A stretch of DNA of 64,000 nt from Candidatus Tectimicrobiota bacterium (GCA_016192455.1 JACPUC010000003.1:186001-250000), one strand, 5' to 3'. Shown: positions 1 to 10,539, numbered from the stretch's first letter. The notes: a model not told the origin generated them from the letters alone. Program-made: numbers and translations.

Positions 1-357
1 GATCGCCTCCAGGTTCTCCTCGCCGCCGCCTTGAAGCCGCGTCGTAAGCTGGTCGAGCTGGTCCAGGATGCGGAGATGCTCCTTCTTCAGATGAAGGAGC
101 TTGCGCTCTTCAGTCGGACGCTGCTCCTGGATGTCCTCGAAGAGACCTCGCGGCCCCTCTTCTATGTGGAAGAGGCTCGTGAGGTGCTTCTGCAGGTTCA
201 GAACCTGCGCCATGGTGCTGGCTCGGCGCGCCGCCGCGTCGTTCGCGCCCCCTCCATCGTCGAGAAGTTTCCCCAACTCCTTCAGCGTCCTCAGCAGATG
301 TCTATTCTCTTCCAGGAAGCGGCGAGCTAAGGTGTGGCTGGCGCCTTCTCGTGTCAT
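1..357 (-). CDS. Hemerythrin/HHE-like helical protein (partial, runs off the window)
   Basis: Not in the ORF track. ATG at 357 follows a GAGGAG RBS and the frame is open to the window edge. It reads MTREGASHTLARRFLEEN...LFHIEEGPRGLFEDIQEQRP...LKKEHLRIL, resembling hemerythrin-type EE and LxxEH motifs. Confidence 0.55.
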   Translation of the reverse strand, partial: MTREGASHTLARRFLEENRHLLRTLKELGKLLDDGGGANDAAARRASTMAQVLNLQKHLTSLFHIEEGPRGLFEDIQEQRPTEERKLLHLKKEHLRILDQLDQLTTRLQGGGEENLEAI

Positions 358-572
358 GGCGAGCTCCTCAGTCGTGGGGCTGGTGCCTGGCGTGAGCACG
401 CCCCCTGTTCGCACATCTGTATTGTATACCTTCATTTTCGAGGCCCGCAACGTCAATCTAGGGGTTGATCCAGCCGGGAGCAGGCGGCGCGGGGCCGGCT
501 CGCGGGGATCACCCCGCCTGCCCCCCGCTGGCCTCGCGCTTCCCCTCGAAAGCAGGAATTTCTCCGCCATCC

Positions 573-619
573 CTACGAGATGTGGTGGCTTTTCCAGGAT
601 GGGCCCCCACATATTGTGG
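573..619. promoter_or_regulatory. Tandem NrdR-box-like operators
   Basis: CTACGAGATGTGGTGG (573-588) and CCCCCACATATTGTGG (604-619) both match the core positions of acaCwAtATaTwGtgt. Their starts are 31 bp apart. Confidence 0.55.
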
Positions 620-770
620 AAAAGCTGTGGATTCTGTTGAAAGCGCGCCGCTCACCCAGCCCGGCATCGCGACAGTTCGGCGGCGGCGGTTTGGAGGCGG
701 CCCGGCGGCGGCCAGGTCGAGCGCGGGGCGCGAGTCGGTTGGCGGGGCGCTGCCGTTCTCGGCGATTTCC

Positions 771-798
771 TTGCCGCCCCTGCCAGTCGGGGTATAAT
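771..798 (+). promoter_or_regulatory. Putative sigma70 promoter
   Basis: TTGCCG-N16-TATAAT upstream of the substrate-binding protein gene. Confidence 0.5.
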
Positions 799-872
799 AG
801 GGGCGCTGCTGCGTGCGCCGCTGGGCACGGCGCGTTGCTGGACCGCAGCACCGATTGGGGAGGAGGAAAGAG

Positions 873-1832
873 ATGGCACGGAGGTTCTCTTTGAGCGCGC
901 TGTGGGTGATCGCGCTTGCCACCCTGCTGCTGAGCTCGGCGGGTCAAGCGCAGGAGAAGATTGTCTATGGCTCGTCGACCGGCGGAGGCATTCGCCTCGT
1001 CACGGACATCATTAAGGCGCAGCGGCTTGACGAAAAGAACGGCATCGTGCTCGACTTGAAGTACTTTGCCGGCCCCAAGGGGCAGCAAGCCCTGATCCTG
1101 GGCAAGGTCGACGCCACCTACTTCTCACCGTTAACCTCCGCCTTGCAGCTTGCGGAGGGAAATCATTTCGTCAACTTCGAGATCATGATGGACAGCCACA
1201 TCTCCCTGCTGAAGCCGAAAGGCTCGCCGCTCAAATCGCTTGCCGACGTGCGGGGGAAACGTCTCGGCTTCATCCCGCGCACCTCCGCCGCCTACATGAC
1301 GTTTCGCATCCTCAATGCCATGCAAGGCCGGGACGCCGACAAGGATTTCCAGCTCATCGTCGGCAACCCCATGGCGCTGATGGCGTTTATCGCGCGGGGC
1401 GAGGTGGATGCTTCGATTCACTACGAGCCCTTCTCGACCATGCTGCTGGTGAACGGCCAGGCGGAGCAGATCGCCTGGTACGAAGACCTCTGGCGCGAGA
1501 CCACGAAGACGCCGCTGCTCTTCTCCACGCTGGCGGCCAGTCAGTCCTGGATCGACGCGCACCCGAAGGCGGCCCGCACCCTTGCCCGCATCGTCGGCGC
1601 GACGCGCGCCTGGATTGTGGCGCACCCGGACGAAGCCCTCGAGATCGGCCGCAAGGCTCTGGAGATCACCGACCCACGCGTCATCGCGGCGCTGAAGGAA
1701 CGGATGCTGCGTATCTACCGGACGCCCTGGAATGAGAAAGCGCTGGAAGCCGGACGCTGGCAAGTCGAGAAGGCTGTTGAGCTGGGGCTGGTGCCGAAAC
1801 CCACCAAGGAGATTCTCGCCCTCCTCAACTGA
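873..1832 (+). CDS. ABC transporter substrate-binding protein, NMT1/SsuA/THI5 family
   Basis: Signal peptide, SLADVRGKRLG motif, SWIDAHP helix. AGGAGG RBS precedes ATG 873. Confidence 0.85.
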   Translation: MARRFSLSALWVIALATLLLSSAGQAQEKIVYGSSTGGGIRLVTDIIKAQRLDEKNGIVLDLKYFAGPKGQQALILGKVDATYFSPLTSALQLAEGNHFVNFEIMMDSHISLLKPKGSPLKSLADVRGKRLGFIPRTSAAYMTFRILNAMQGRDADKDFQLIVGNPMALMAFIARGEVDASIHYEPFSTMLLVNGQAEQIAWYEDLWRETTKTPLLFSTLAASQSWIDAHPKAARTLARIVGATRAWIVAHPDEALEIGRKALEITDPRVIAALKERMLRIYRTPWNEKALEAGRWQVEKAVELGLVPKPTKEILALLN

Positions 1833-1994
1833 CGGTGCCGCGGGCGTGCCTCGCAGCCGCCGAGCCGACGCCGCTGGTCCGAGAGATCGAGGCAGGGGAG
1901 CCGTGCCGGCCGCCGCCCGCGGGGGTGGAGCCTGCACCCCGCCGCCCGGCGCGGCGAAGCATCCCGCCGCCTCTTCACGCCGCTGGAAGGAACG

Positions 1995-2993
1995 ATGCGC
2001 ATACTCATCACGGGAGGCAAGGGAGTCATCGGTTCGTTCGTCGCCCGCTATATGCTGGAACACGGCGATGACATCATCGTCTACGACCCCATGCCGGACA
2101 CCTCGCTCATTGCGGACCTCCTCGAGCACATCACCGTCGTTGACGGCGACGTGCTCGACCTCCCCCTCCTCCTCAACACCATCAAGCTCAACAAGGTGCG
2201 CAAGATTCTCCATCTGGCGGCGCTCATCGTGCCGGCGGCGCAGATCAATCCCTACCGCGGCTTCCAGGTGAACGCCCTGGGCACCATGAACGTGCTGGAA
2301 GCAAGCCGCATCACCAACTGCGAGCGCCTCGTCTTCACCAGCAGCAAGGCGGTCTATGACGAGATCGGCGGCGCGCACGCCCACCCGACCTACGCCCCGA
2401 TCACCGAGGAGTACCCGAAGAACCCGGTGAACGTCTACGGCGCCACGAAGCTGGCGAGCGAGCACATGTGCTTCAACTACATCGGCAACTACGGCATGGA
2501 TATCGTCATCCTGCGCTTCTCCAGCCTCTATGGACCCGGCCGGCTGCTGCGCCACGGCGGCCTCGCCATGCATAGCGTCATCCTCGAGAACGCCATGCTC
2601 GGCCAGCCGGTGCGCATCCCCTCGGGCGGCGATCAGCGCGAGGATATGACGTACGTGCGCGATGTCGCCCGCGCCATCGCCCTGGCGACGCACGCCGAGA
2701 ACCTCGGCCACCACGTCTTCAACATCGGCAGCGGCCGCGGCGTCACGCTCCACGATACGGCGGAGGTCGTGCGCCGCCTCTACCCGAATGCCGAGATTCA
2801 GATCGGCCCGGGGCTCGACTGCTTCCAGGTGGGGTACAACCTTTACGCCGTCATGGATATCAGCCGCGCGCGCGCCGAGCTGGGCTATCAGCCGGAGTTC
2901 GAGCTGGAGACAGGCATCAAGGATTACATCGCTTTCCTCGATCGCCTCGGCATCGGGCCGCTCTTCACCCCCACCGAGGAGGCGGCGGAGTAA
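1995..2993 (+). CDS. NAD-dependent epimerase/dehydratase (extended SDR)
   Basis: ILITGGKGVIG, HLAA, YGATK and LRFSSLYGP motifs. Confidence 0.92.
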   Translation: MRILITGGKGVIGSFVARYMLEHGDDIIVYDPMPDTSLIADLLEHITVVDGDVLDLPLLLNTIKLNKVRKILHLAALIVPAAQINPYRGFQVNALGTMNVLEASRITNCERLVFTSSKAVYDEIGGAHAHPTYAPITEEYPKNPVNVYGATKLASEHMCFNYIGNYGMDIVILRFSSLYGPGRLLRHGGLAMHSVILENAMLGQPVRIPSGGDQREDMTYVRDVARAIALATHAENLGHHVFNIGSGRGVTLHDTAEVVRRLYPNAEIQIGPGLDCFQVGYNLYAVMDISRARAELGYQPEFELETGIKDYIAFLDRLGIGPLFTPTEEAAE

Positions 2994-3049
2994 CCTCGCC
3001 GCGGCCCCCGTGATGCGCCGCGCGGCGGCGCAGGAAAGGACCACCCCGC

Positions 3050-3625
3050 ATGGCGGCGCTCCCGTGCCGGCACGCTGCTCCCAGCGCCTGGTATCTGTGC
3101 CGGGCCGTCCTGGTCGCCTGCCTCGGCCTGTTGGCGGCCGCGCCGGGCGCGCCGGCGACGCAGCTTGACCTGCCGGCGTGCACGCCGGGGCCGTTCGCCA
3201 GGGAGACGCTCCTCTACCGCACCCCACCCGACGCCGGCGGCTACCGCTTGGAGGTCTGGTGCCGGCGCAAGTTCCTCTGGAGCGCCTTCAACTACGTGTT
3301 CCGCATGGCGCGCGCGGGAGAGGAGGGGCGCGTCATCGGCGGCTGCTTCTTCCGCAAAGGCAGCAGCACCGCCTGGTATGATCGGGATGAGCGCGCCAAC
3401 CGCTTCACGAGCGCCCGTTGGCTCACCACCGAATCAGCCGAGGCGGGGGCGGCGTGGTACGAGCTGCGCTATGACGTGCGCGCAAGGAAGCTGCGGATCA
3501 CGAAGGTGATCGGCGGCAGAACGAGCACCCTGCTCGTCGATGCCCCCCGAACCGTCGACGAGCTCGACGATCTCCTCTTCGGCGCCCCCACCGACGCGCC
3601 CCAGTCTGTCTGGGGAAACATGTAG
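3050..3625 (+). CDS. Hypothetical secreted protein
   Basis: Signal-peptide-like N-terminus and a beta-rich body; no family recognised. Confidence 0.55.
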   Translation: MAALPCRHAAPSAWYLCRAVLVACLGLLAAAPGAPATQLDLPACTPGPFARETLLYRTPPDAGGYRLEVWCRRKFLWSAFNYVFRMARAGEEGRVIGGCFFRKGSSTAWYDRDERANRFTSARWLTTESAEAGAAWYELRYDVRARKLRITKVIGGRTSTLLVDAPRTVDELDDLLFGAPTDAPQSVWGNM

Positions 3626-3763
3626 CCCCCGCCGCCCGCCGCCGTTTCGTTGCCAGCGGCGTCCAGCCTGCCGCCTGGGCCACCTGCGGCTTGGAAAAAA
3701 GCCCCCCGAAGTAATAGATTTCTTGTGATGGTGAGGCTGACGTTCGCGCGGCCAGCGTCCTCC

Positions 3764-4155
3764 ACCTCGGCGCTCTCCGCGCCTCCGCGGTTCAATGAAT
3801 TGCACCGCGGAGCCGCAGAGGGCGCGGAGAAGGTAGGGGAAGGAACCACCGCTCGACACGGGTTCACACAAATATCAGTGTCCATCCGTGTTCATCAGTG
3901 GTTCTGTGCCTCCCGCTGGTCGGGGCGGTTCGCGAACCGCCCCTACGGCCGAGGGCATGGATGCCTGGCCGACCTCTCTGCGTTCTCCGCGCCTCCGCGG
4001 TTCAATGAAGTGCACCGCGGAGACGGAGAGGGCGCGGAGAAGGTAGGGGAAGGAACCACTGATGGACACAGATGCACACAGATATCAGTGTCCATCCGTG
4101 TTCATCAGTGGTTGTGTGCATTCCGTTGGTAGGGGCGGGGCTTGCCCCGCCCGCT
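3764..4155. repeat. Tandem ~208-bp composite hairpin repeat, two units (BIME-like)
   Basis: 3764-3909 and 3972-4119 are near-identical. Each has two hairpins and is followed by a GTAG-type REP. Confidence 0.85.
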
Positions 4156-4254
4156 GAGCCGCTGGGGCAGAGAGGCGCCACCTCCAGGCAGGCCCACCCG
4201 GCGCGGGAGGTGGGGATGAGCGTCCCTCCACCTCCTCCACGCCCAGGCATCAGC

Positions 4255-4776
4255 TTAGCGCACCGCATCGATGAGGACGAAGGCGATGACACAAGGCGCC
4301 TTGCCGCGATTGGCCCAGGCGTGGTTGGTCCCCTGCTGAATGACCACGTCCCCTTGCTTCACATGAATTTCAGAGTCATCCATGAGCATGTCGATCTCGC
4401 CGGACAAGACAAGGGCGTAATCGAGGGTGTCGGTTCGGTGCATGCCCGGGTGGCGTGGCTTCTGGCCGGGCGGGAGCACCGGCGCAACGCCCATCGCCTT
4501 GAACGCCTCCTGGGAGCTCCAGTCGAGCTCCCCCTGTTGGGGCAGGAACTCCACAATGCGGAAGTTCGAACCGTTGGCGGGCGGTGGGATGCCGATGGTG
4601 CGCAGCGCTTCATCCTTGTCGTTCGAGAATTGGACGGGTGTGCCATCGGTCACCCACAAGAGGGTGGAGCAGGAACCGCCGCGGGCGACCACATTGCTCG
4701 CCGCCCCATCCATCAGGACGACCGCTTTCCCGTTGGCGTCATGCCCCGTAACAACGCGGCGGATCGGGTTCGGCAT
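4255..4776 (-). CDS. Cupin domain protein
   Basis: RRVVTGHD, MHRTDTLDY and QQGTNHAW cupin motifs. Confidence 0.9.
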   Translation of the reverse strand: MPNPIRRVVTGHDANGKAVVLMDGAASNVVARGGSCSTLLWVTDGTPVQFSNDKDEALRTIGIPPPANGSNFRIVEFLPQQGELDWSSQEAFKAMGVAPVLPPGQKPRHPGMHRTDTLDYALVLSGEIDMLMDDSEIHVKQGDVVIQQGTNHAWANRGKAPCVIAFVLIDAVR

Positions 4777-4884
4777 ACGCGCTCTCCTCTGCGGAAAGAA
4801 TGAACGAAATGCGGGCCCGCGGGTGGACGCCTTCGCCCACTCCCGCACACCCCGTCGCTCTCCTCCGGCGCCGCGCGCGGCCGC

Positions 4885-6267
4885 CTACGCCTTCAGCCCA
4901 ACCTTCGCCGGGGCGCCCTCCGCCTCGGTCACCGCGGCCGCCTCCGCGGGCCCCGGCGCGCGGGCGGACTCGGCCAGGTAGAACAGCAGGCCCACGGTGA
5001 TGAAGAACAGGGTGGCGGCGCTCAGACCCAGAGACCAAGAGATGCCGATGAGGCTCCCCAGCACGCCGACGGTGACGCCGCTGAAGGTGCGCAGGCCGAG
5101 CTGGGCGACGTTGAACAGCCCGATGACGCCGCCGCGAATCGCCGCCGGCGCCTGAATCTGCACCAGGGTCAGCGCCATGGAGTAGAACGCCAGGCTGAAG
5201 ACGCCAGCGATGAAGAGCAACGCCAGGGCCGGCAGATAACTGGACACAAGGGTGAAGCCGATGACGCTCAGCGAGAAGAGGCCGGCGCAGATCACCGCGG
5301 TGCGCGCCCTGGCGGCCAGGAGGCCGCCGCTTTCGAGGAGCAGGCCGCCGACCACGGCGCCGCCGGCGTTGGCCGCCAGCAGGAGGCTGTAGCGCAGGCC
5401 CCCGTCTTCGGCCCCGAGGTTGTGGGCGAACTCCGGCATCTGCGCCTGGTACGCATTCCCCACCAGCAGGGAAGCGAAGCCGCCGAGCAAGATCATGGCG
5501 AGAATGACGCGGTTGCCGGCCACCTCGCGGAAGATCGCCACCGCGTCCCCCAGGCCCAGGCCAAGGCGGCCTCCCTTAGGCCCTTGCTGGGCAGCGGGGT
5601 TGTGGCCGGTGTAGGGGACCGTCTGCAGCCAGAGCGTGAACGGCAGGTAGATGGCAGCATTGACGAAGAGGCTGAGGCTGGGACCGAGGGCCACCAGCAG
5701 GCCGCCGCCCACCGCCGGCCCCAGCAGCAGCCCGAGTTGCAGCGCGGTGGCGTTCAAGCGGATGGCGCTCTGCAGGTGCTTAGGCCCGACGATCTCGTGG
5801 ATGATGAGCTGGCTCGCCGGCATCCAGATCGTCCCCGCCAACCCGTGGAGAATGAGGAGCACCGCCGCGTGCCACACCTGTAGGCTGTTCGTCAAAAGGA
5901 GCGCCGCCCAGCCGACGGAGACCCCCATGAAGATGAACTGGGCGATCTGGATGAGGCGGCGGCAATCGAAGCGATCGGCCAGCGCCCCGGCGTGCACCGA
6001 GAAGAGCAGGAACGGCAGCCAGTGGCTGATGACCGCGAATCCCGCCAGCGCCGGGGAGTGGAAGATTTTGTAGATCGCCCAGTAGCTGACGATGTGTTCG
6101 ATGCTGTCCGCCATCATGGAGAGCATGCGCGTGGTGAAGAACCAGCGGAAGTCTCGATGATGCAGCGCCGCGAAGGCGATGTCGCCGATCTCCTGCCGTT
6201 GGCGGGGGAGCGGCGCGGAGCCCGCGGCCGGAGATATGGGTGGGGTGTCGCGTCCTGTGGCAGCCAC
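4885..6267 (-). CDS. MFS transporter
   Basis: About 12 hydrophobic segments; GALADRFDCRR motif A. Confidence 0.9.
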   Translation of the reverse strand: MAATGRDTPPISPAAGSAPLPRQRQEIGDIAFAALHHRDFRWFFTTRMLSMMADSIEHIVSYWAIYKIFHSPALAGFAVISHWLPFLLFSVHAGALADRFDCRRLIQIAQFIFMGVSVGWAALLLTNSLQVWHAAVLLILHGLAGTIWMPASQLIIHEIVGPKHLQSAIRLNATALQLGLLLGPAVGGGLLVALGPSLSLFVNAAIYLPFTLWLQTVPYTGHNPAAQQGPKGGRLGLGLGDAVAIFREVAGNRVILAMILLGGFASLLVGNAYQAQMPEFAHNLGAEDGGLRYSLLLAANAGGAVVGGLLLESGGLLAARARTAVICAGLFSLSVIGFTLVSSYLPALALLFIAGVFSLAFYSMALTLVQIQAPAAIRGGVIGLFNVAQLGLRTFSGVTVGVLGSLIGISWSLGLSAATLFFITVGLLFYLAESARAPGPAEAAAVTEAEGAPAKVGLKA

Positions 6268-6893
6268 GTGGATATCCTTTATGTGAATGCGGCGTCGGCA
6301 GAGGTCTTACGAGGTGACGATGCCGGGCGGCGCTCGGCCTCGGTCGCTTTCCGGTCACTCTTCTTGACGGGGTATCATACAGGAAGCGCCCGCGAAGGTG
6401 GTACTGGCTGGCGCCGCAGGCGTCCGCCCCTCCCGGCTCCGCGACGGAGGCGGCAGGTGGCGGGCGGCGCCCTTCTCGGCGGCGGCGCGGACACGCTTGC
6501 AAGGGATCATCTCCTCACGCGCTCTGCGTCAGGCCTACGGCTGGTTTCGTCCTGGCATGGCGAGGCGGCGCCCCAGGACGGGCCTGCCGGTCGGCGGGCA
6601 GGTGGCGCGCGCCGATGCGACGTTGCCTGAACATGCCGAGAAACTCCACGCTGGCGTGGTTGCCGGGCATCTTGCTTTGGCGGGAGATGTTGCGCGCCCG
6701 GCGAGGCAGAGGAAGAGTCCTGCCCGGCTGCGCGGGGAGGGAGAGCCGGCGCGGGCAGGGGCGGGGCTGGCGACGCAACGTTGATCGCGGCGGGACCGCG
6801 GCGAAGCGCCACCGCGCGCCGCCCACGCTCTGCCGGCGCCGGACATGAGGGTCTCCCCGCCGTACCCCTGAGGGCAGGCGGGGAGTCCGCGCC

Positions 6894-7916
6894 TCACTTC
6901 GCGGCTTGCTCGATGAAGCTGTTGTCGATGTAGCGCTCCGCTGGAATGATCTCCTCGATGTAGCCCATCTCCTTGTAGAAGCGCTGCACCTCCTGCATGG
7001 ACGCTGTATCAACGCGCCCATCAGCGGCGAACACCGGCGGGATCGAGCGCTTGATCATGTCCGGCGGCACCTTGGTCCACTTCGAGACGATGGTCACGAT
7101 CTCGTCATGCTTCAAGCCCTTCTCGTGATAGTAGCGCAGCCCCTTCAGGGAAGCGTTGACCCAGCTTTGGGCCAACGGCCGCCGCTGGGTGATGAACTCG
7201 TAGCTGAACATGATCGTGGCCACTTGAAAGACGCGGTCCTTCAGCCAATCCGTCTGCCCCGGCAGGGTGACGCCGACGCCTTCCAGCTCCATGCGGGTGG
7301 CCCACGGCTCGACGGTCATGGAGGCCTTGATGGCGCCGGTCTTCATGGCCGTGTACTGCTTCGGCGGGTCCAGGTAGCTGAGATCGAGGTCCTTGTAATT
7401 GACGCCGTACGGCTCGACAAGCTTCCACAGGGCGTAGTCGCTGATGGTGGCGCGGCCGAACTGACCGATCTTCACCTTCAGGAGGTCCCGCGTGGTGCGG
7501 AACTGACCCTTGTCCCACAGCTCCTTGCTCACCGACAGCGGCACGTAGTTGTACTGCTTGTTGATCTGTCCCTTGTCGAGCACCACCTTGACCCGGGCGC
7601 CCTTGGCGATGGTATTGAAGAAGCCGCCGCTGGACGACCCCGCCGACACCTGGATTTCATCCTTGGTGAGCGGCAAGATCGCTTTCGAGCCGCCGCCAAG
7701 CTGCAGCATCTCCCACTCCTGGTTCTGTTCCTTCACGAACCCCTTCTCGAGGGTGACGAACATCGGCGCAAACGAGATGGCCGGGATGTAGGCCACCCGC
7801 ACCTTGTCCACGGCGCCCGCCGGGGCAAGCGGGGCCGCCAAAAGGGCGAGCAGCGCGAGCAGCCCCACGCCTCCCCTCGCCGCGCCCAGGACCCAAGCTC
7901 TGCGAAGACCCTTCAT
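6894..7916 (-). CDS. ABC transporter substrate-binding protein, NMT1/SsuA family
   Basis: Signal peptide; APMFVTLEKGF and VEPW motifs. No permease or ATPase gene is adjacent. Confidence 0.85.
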   Translation of the reverse strand: MKGLRRAWVLGAARGGVGLLALLALLAAPLAPAGAVDKVRVAYIPAISFAPMFVTLEKGFVKEQNQEWEMLQLGGGSKAILPLTKDEIQVSAGSSSGGFFNTIAKGARVKVVLDKGQINKQYNYVPLSVSKELWDKGQFRTTRDLLKVKIGQFGRATISDYALWKLVEPYGVNYKDLDLSYLDPPKQYTAMKTGAIKASMTVEPWATRMELEGVGVTLPGQTDWLKDRVFQVATIMFSYEFITQRRPLAQSWVNASLKGLRYYHEKGLKHDEIVTIVSKWTKVPPDMIKRSIPPVFAADGRVDTASMQEVQRFYKEMGYIEEIIPAERYIDNSFIEQAAK

Positions 7917-8099
7917 GTCTCCTCCTCCTCTCTGCGTCGCCTGCGTGACCGCTGCTGAAAAAAACCCCTTCCCACGAAGCCACTCCCCGCCCGCCGCCCG
8001 CCCGTGCCGCTCGACGCGCCGATGCGGGCAGGCTCCCCGTGGGCGGCGGCACGCCGGCGCGAGTGGCCCGCGCCTCCCCGGCCCGCATCCCGCCCCGCC

Positions 8100-10421
8100 T
8101 CACGGCAGCCCGTTGATAATCCCGTGGAGGCGCTCGGGCGGGAGCGGCAGGCAGGTGATACGCACATCCCGCGGCCGCAGGGCATCCTCGATCGCCGAAG
8201 CAATGGCCGCCCCCGGGGCGATCACGCCGCTCTCGCCCACCCCCTTGATGCCGCGGGGGTTGCGCAGCGACGGCACCTCGAGGTGCCGCACCTCAACCGA
8301 GGGGAGCTCCGCGGCGCTCGGCAGCAGGTAATCCATGAAGCTGCAGGTCAGTGGCTGCCCCTCGGCATCGTAGCGGACGTCCTCGAAGAGCGCCGTGGCG
8401 ACGCCGTGCGCGATGCCGCCGATCACCTGGCCGTCGACGATGCGCGGGTTGATCATGCGGCCGCAGTCGGAGACGGCGGCGTAGCGCAGCAGCCGCACCG
8501 CGCTGCTGGCGGCATCGACCTCCAGCATGACGAGGTGCGCGCCGCTCGAGTAGGTCGCCGCCGGCGGCAGGAAATACTCGGTCGCTTCGAGGCCGGGCGA
8601 GGCCAGGTTCAGGTAGCCATGCGCGGCGCCGGCCACGTCGCGCGACAGCTCGGCGAGATCGAGCGCCCGCTCGCTCGAGCCGCGCACCACGATGCTGCCG
8701 CCGCGCAGCTCGAGGTCCCCCGGATTGGCCTCGAGCCTGGCCGCGGCGATCTCCACCAGCTTCTCGCGCAGGCGACGGGCGGCCAGCGACACGGCATTCG
8801 CGGCCACCACCGCCGTGCGGCTGGCGAAGGTGCCGACGCCGAAGGGGATGCCGGCGGTGTCCCCGACCTGCACCTCGATCTCCTCCGGATCGACGCCCAG
8901 CTCATCGGCGCACACCTGCGCCAGCGTCGTGGCGTGCCCCTGCCCCTGGCTGGCCGCGCCGCTGCACAGGATGATCCGGCCGGTGGCGTCGATGCGCACC
9001 GTCGCCCCCTCGAAGGGGCCCAGCCCCGTCGTCTCGACGTAGCACGCCACCCCGACGCCGACGGCCCGTCCCGCCCGGCGCTGCTCCTCCGCCTCGCGGC
9101 GCAGCGCGGCATAGCCGGCGGTCTCCATCACCCGCCGCAGGCAGGAGGGAAAATCGACGTTGTCGTAGCTCACCGGCACGCCGTTGTGGGCGATGCCGGT
9201 CTTGTAGGGCATGTCGCCTGGCTGCACGAAGTTCGCCAGGCGCAGCTCGGCGCGGTCCAGGCCCAGCTCATCGGCGGCCCGGTCCAGCAGGCGCTCCATC
9301 ACGAAGGTGGCCTGCGGCTGCCCCGCGCCGCGCACCGGCGCCGTGGGCGCCTTGTTCGTATACGCCAGCCGGAAGGAGAGGTCGAAGTTCGGCACGCGAT
9401 AGCACCCAGGCAGGCAGGAGAGAGAGACGAGGGGGACGACCATGCCGTACGGGGTGTAGGCGCCGGCATCGCAGATGAAGCGGTCGCGCAGGCCGAGGAT
9501 GGCGCCGTCGCGGCGCAGCGCCAGGGCGGCGTCGTGCACTTGGCGGTGCTCGTGGTAGGCGCACATGCTGTGCTCGAGGCGGTCCTCGCTCCAGCGCACC
9601 GGCGCTCCAAGCTGCATCGCGGCGAAGGGAACGAGGAACTCCTCGGGGTAGATGACGCCCTTCGGCCCAAACCCGCCGCCCACGTCGGGGGCGATGACGT
9701 GGATGCGGTGCTCCGGCAGGTTCAACAGGGCCGCCAGCACCCAGCGCACCTGGTGCGGCGCCTGCGTCGAGCTCCAGACGCGCAGCACGCCGCTGGCCGC
9801 TTCGTACGTCGCCAGCACGCCGCGCGTCTCCAGGCTTTGGGCGGTGCCGCGGGTGACGGTGAAGCGGTCGGCCACCACGAGGTCGGCGGCGGCGAAGGCG
9901 GCCTCGGCATCGCCGCTGCGGCGCGTCACCTGGGCGCCGAGGTTTCCCGGCGCGGCGTCGTGCAGGCAGGGCGCCGCGGGGCTGAGCGCCCACTCCGGGT
10001 CCACCACCGCCGGCAGCGGCTCATACTCCACCAGCACGCGCTCGGCGGCGTCCTGCGCGGTGTACGGGTCGTCCGCCACCACGAAGGCCAGCGGCTCGCC
10101 GACGTAGCGGGCGCGCTCCCCGGCGAGGAGCGGCGGGGTGCAGGAGCGCAGCTCCGGGTGCAGCACAAGTTGGGGGATGCAGCGCGGCAAGGATTCCAAG
10201 TCGGCGGGTGTGAAGATGCGCCGTACGCCGGCAAGCGCCGCGGCGCGGGCGCCGTCGATGGCGCGGATGCGGGCGTGGGCGTGGCGGCTGCGCACGACGG
10301 CGCCGTAAAGCATGCCGGGCAGCCGCAGATCGCCGACGAAGCGCCCCAACCCCGCCAGCAGCCGGGGGTCCTCCTTGCGCTTCAGGCTGGCGCCGAACGC
10401 GCGCTCTCGCGCGGCTCCCAT
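8100..10421 (-). CDS. Xanthine dehydrogenase family molybdopterin-binding subunit (CoxL/CutL-like)
   Basis: RKEDPRLL, DVGGGFGPK, PVRGAG, QGQG and KGVGE motifs. Confidence 0.92.
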   Translation of the reverse strand: MGAARERAFGASLKRKEDPRLLAGLGRFVGDLRLPGMLYGAVVRSRHAHARIRAIDGARAAALAGVRRIFTPADLESLPRCIPQLVLHPELRSCTPPLLAGERARYVGEPLAFVVADDPYTAQDAAERVLVEYEPLPAVVDPEWALSPAAPCLHDAAPGNLGAQVTRRSGDAEAAFAAADLVVADRFTVTRGTAQSLETRGVLATYEAASGVLRVWSSTQAPHQVRWVLAALLNLPEHRIHVIAPDVGGGFGPKGVIYPEEFLVPFAAMQLGAPVRWSEDRLEHSMCAYHEHRQVHDAALALRRDGAILGLRDRFICDAGAYTPYGMVVPLVSLSCLPGCYRVPNFDLSFRLAYTNKAPTAPVRGAGQPQATFVMERLLDRAADELGLDRAELRLANFVQPGDMPYKTGIAHNGVPVSYDNVDFPSCLRRVMETAGYAALRREAEEQRRAGRAVGVGVACYVETTGLGPFEGATVRIDATGRIILCSGAASQGQGHATTLAQVCADELGVDPEEIEVQVGDTAGIPFGVGTFASRTAVVAANAVSLAARRLREKLVEIAAARLEANPGDLELRGGSIVVRGSSERALDLAELSRDVAGAAHGYLNLASPGLEATEYFLPPAATYSSGAHLVMLEVDAASSAVRLLRYAAVSDCGRMINPRIVDGQVIGGIAHGVATALFEDVRYDAEGQPLTCSFMDYLLPSAAELPSVEVRHLEVPSLRNPRGIKGVGESGVIAPGAAIASAIEDALRPRDVRITCLPLPPERLHGIINGLP

Positions 10422-10539
10422 GGGGCACCCTCCACTGGTGAACGCAGCCAAAGCAACATCGTCACTCCGCGACCCGCTTTCGGGTGCAGCGCCCGGAAAG
10501 GCTCGTGCAGGGCAGCACCGCCCTCTGGCGCCCCTAGTT

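Noticed and set aside
3764-4155. Possible CRISPR array
   Set aside because: Only two long units, no unique spacers of regular length, and no cas genes.
8100-10421. Aerobic CO dehydrogenase CoxL
   Set aside because: Lacks the AYxCSFR form I loop and has no coxM/coxS neighbours.
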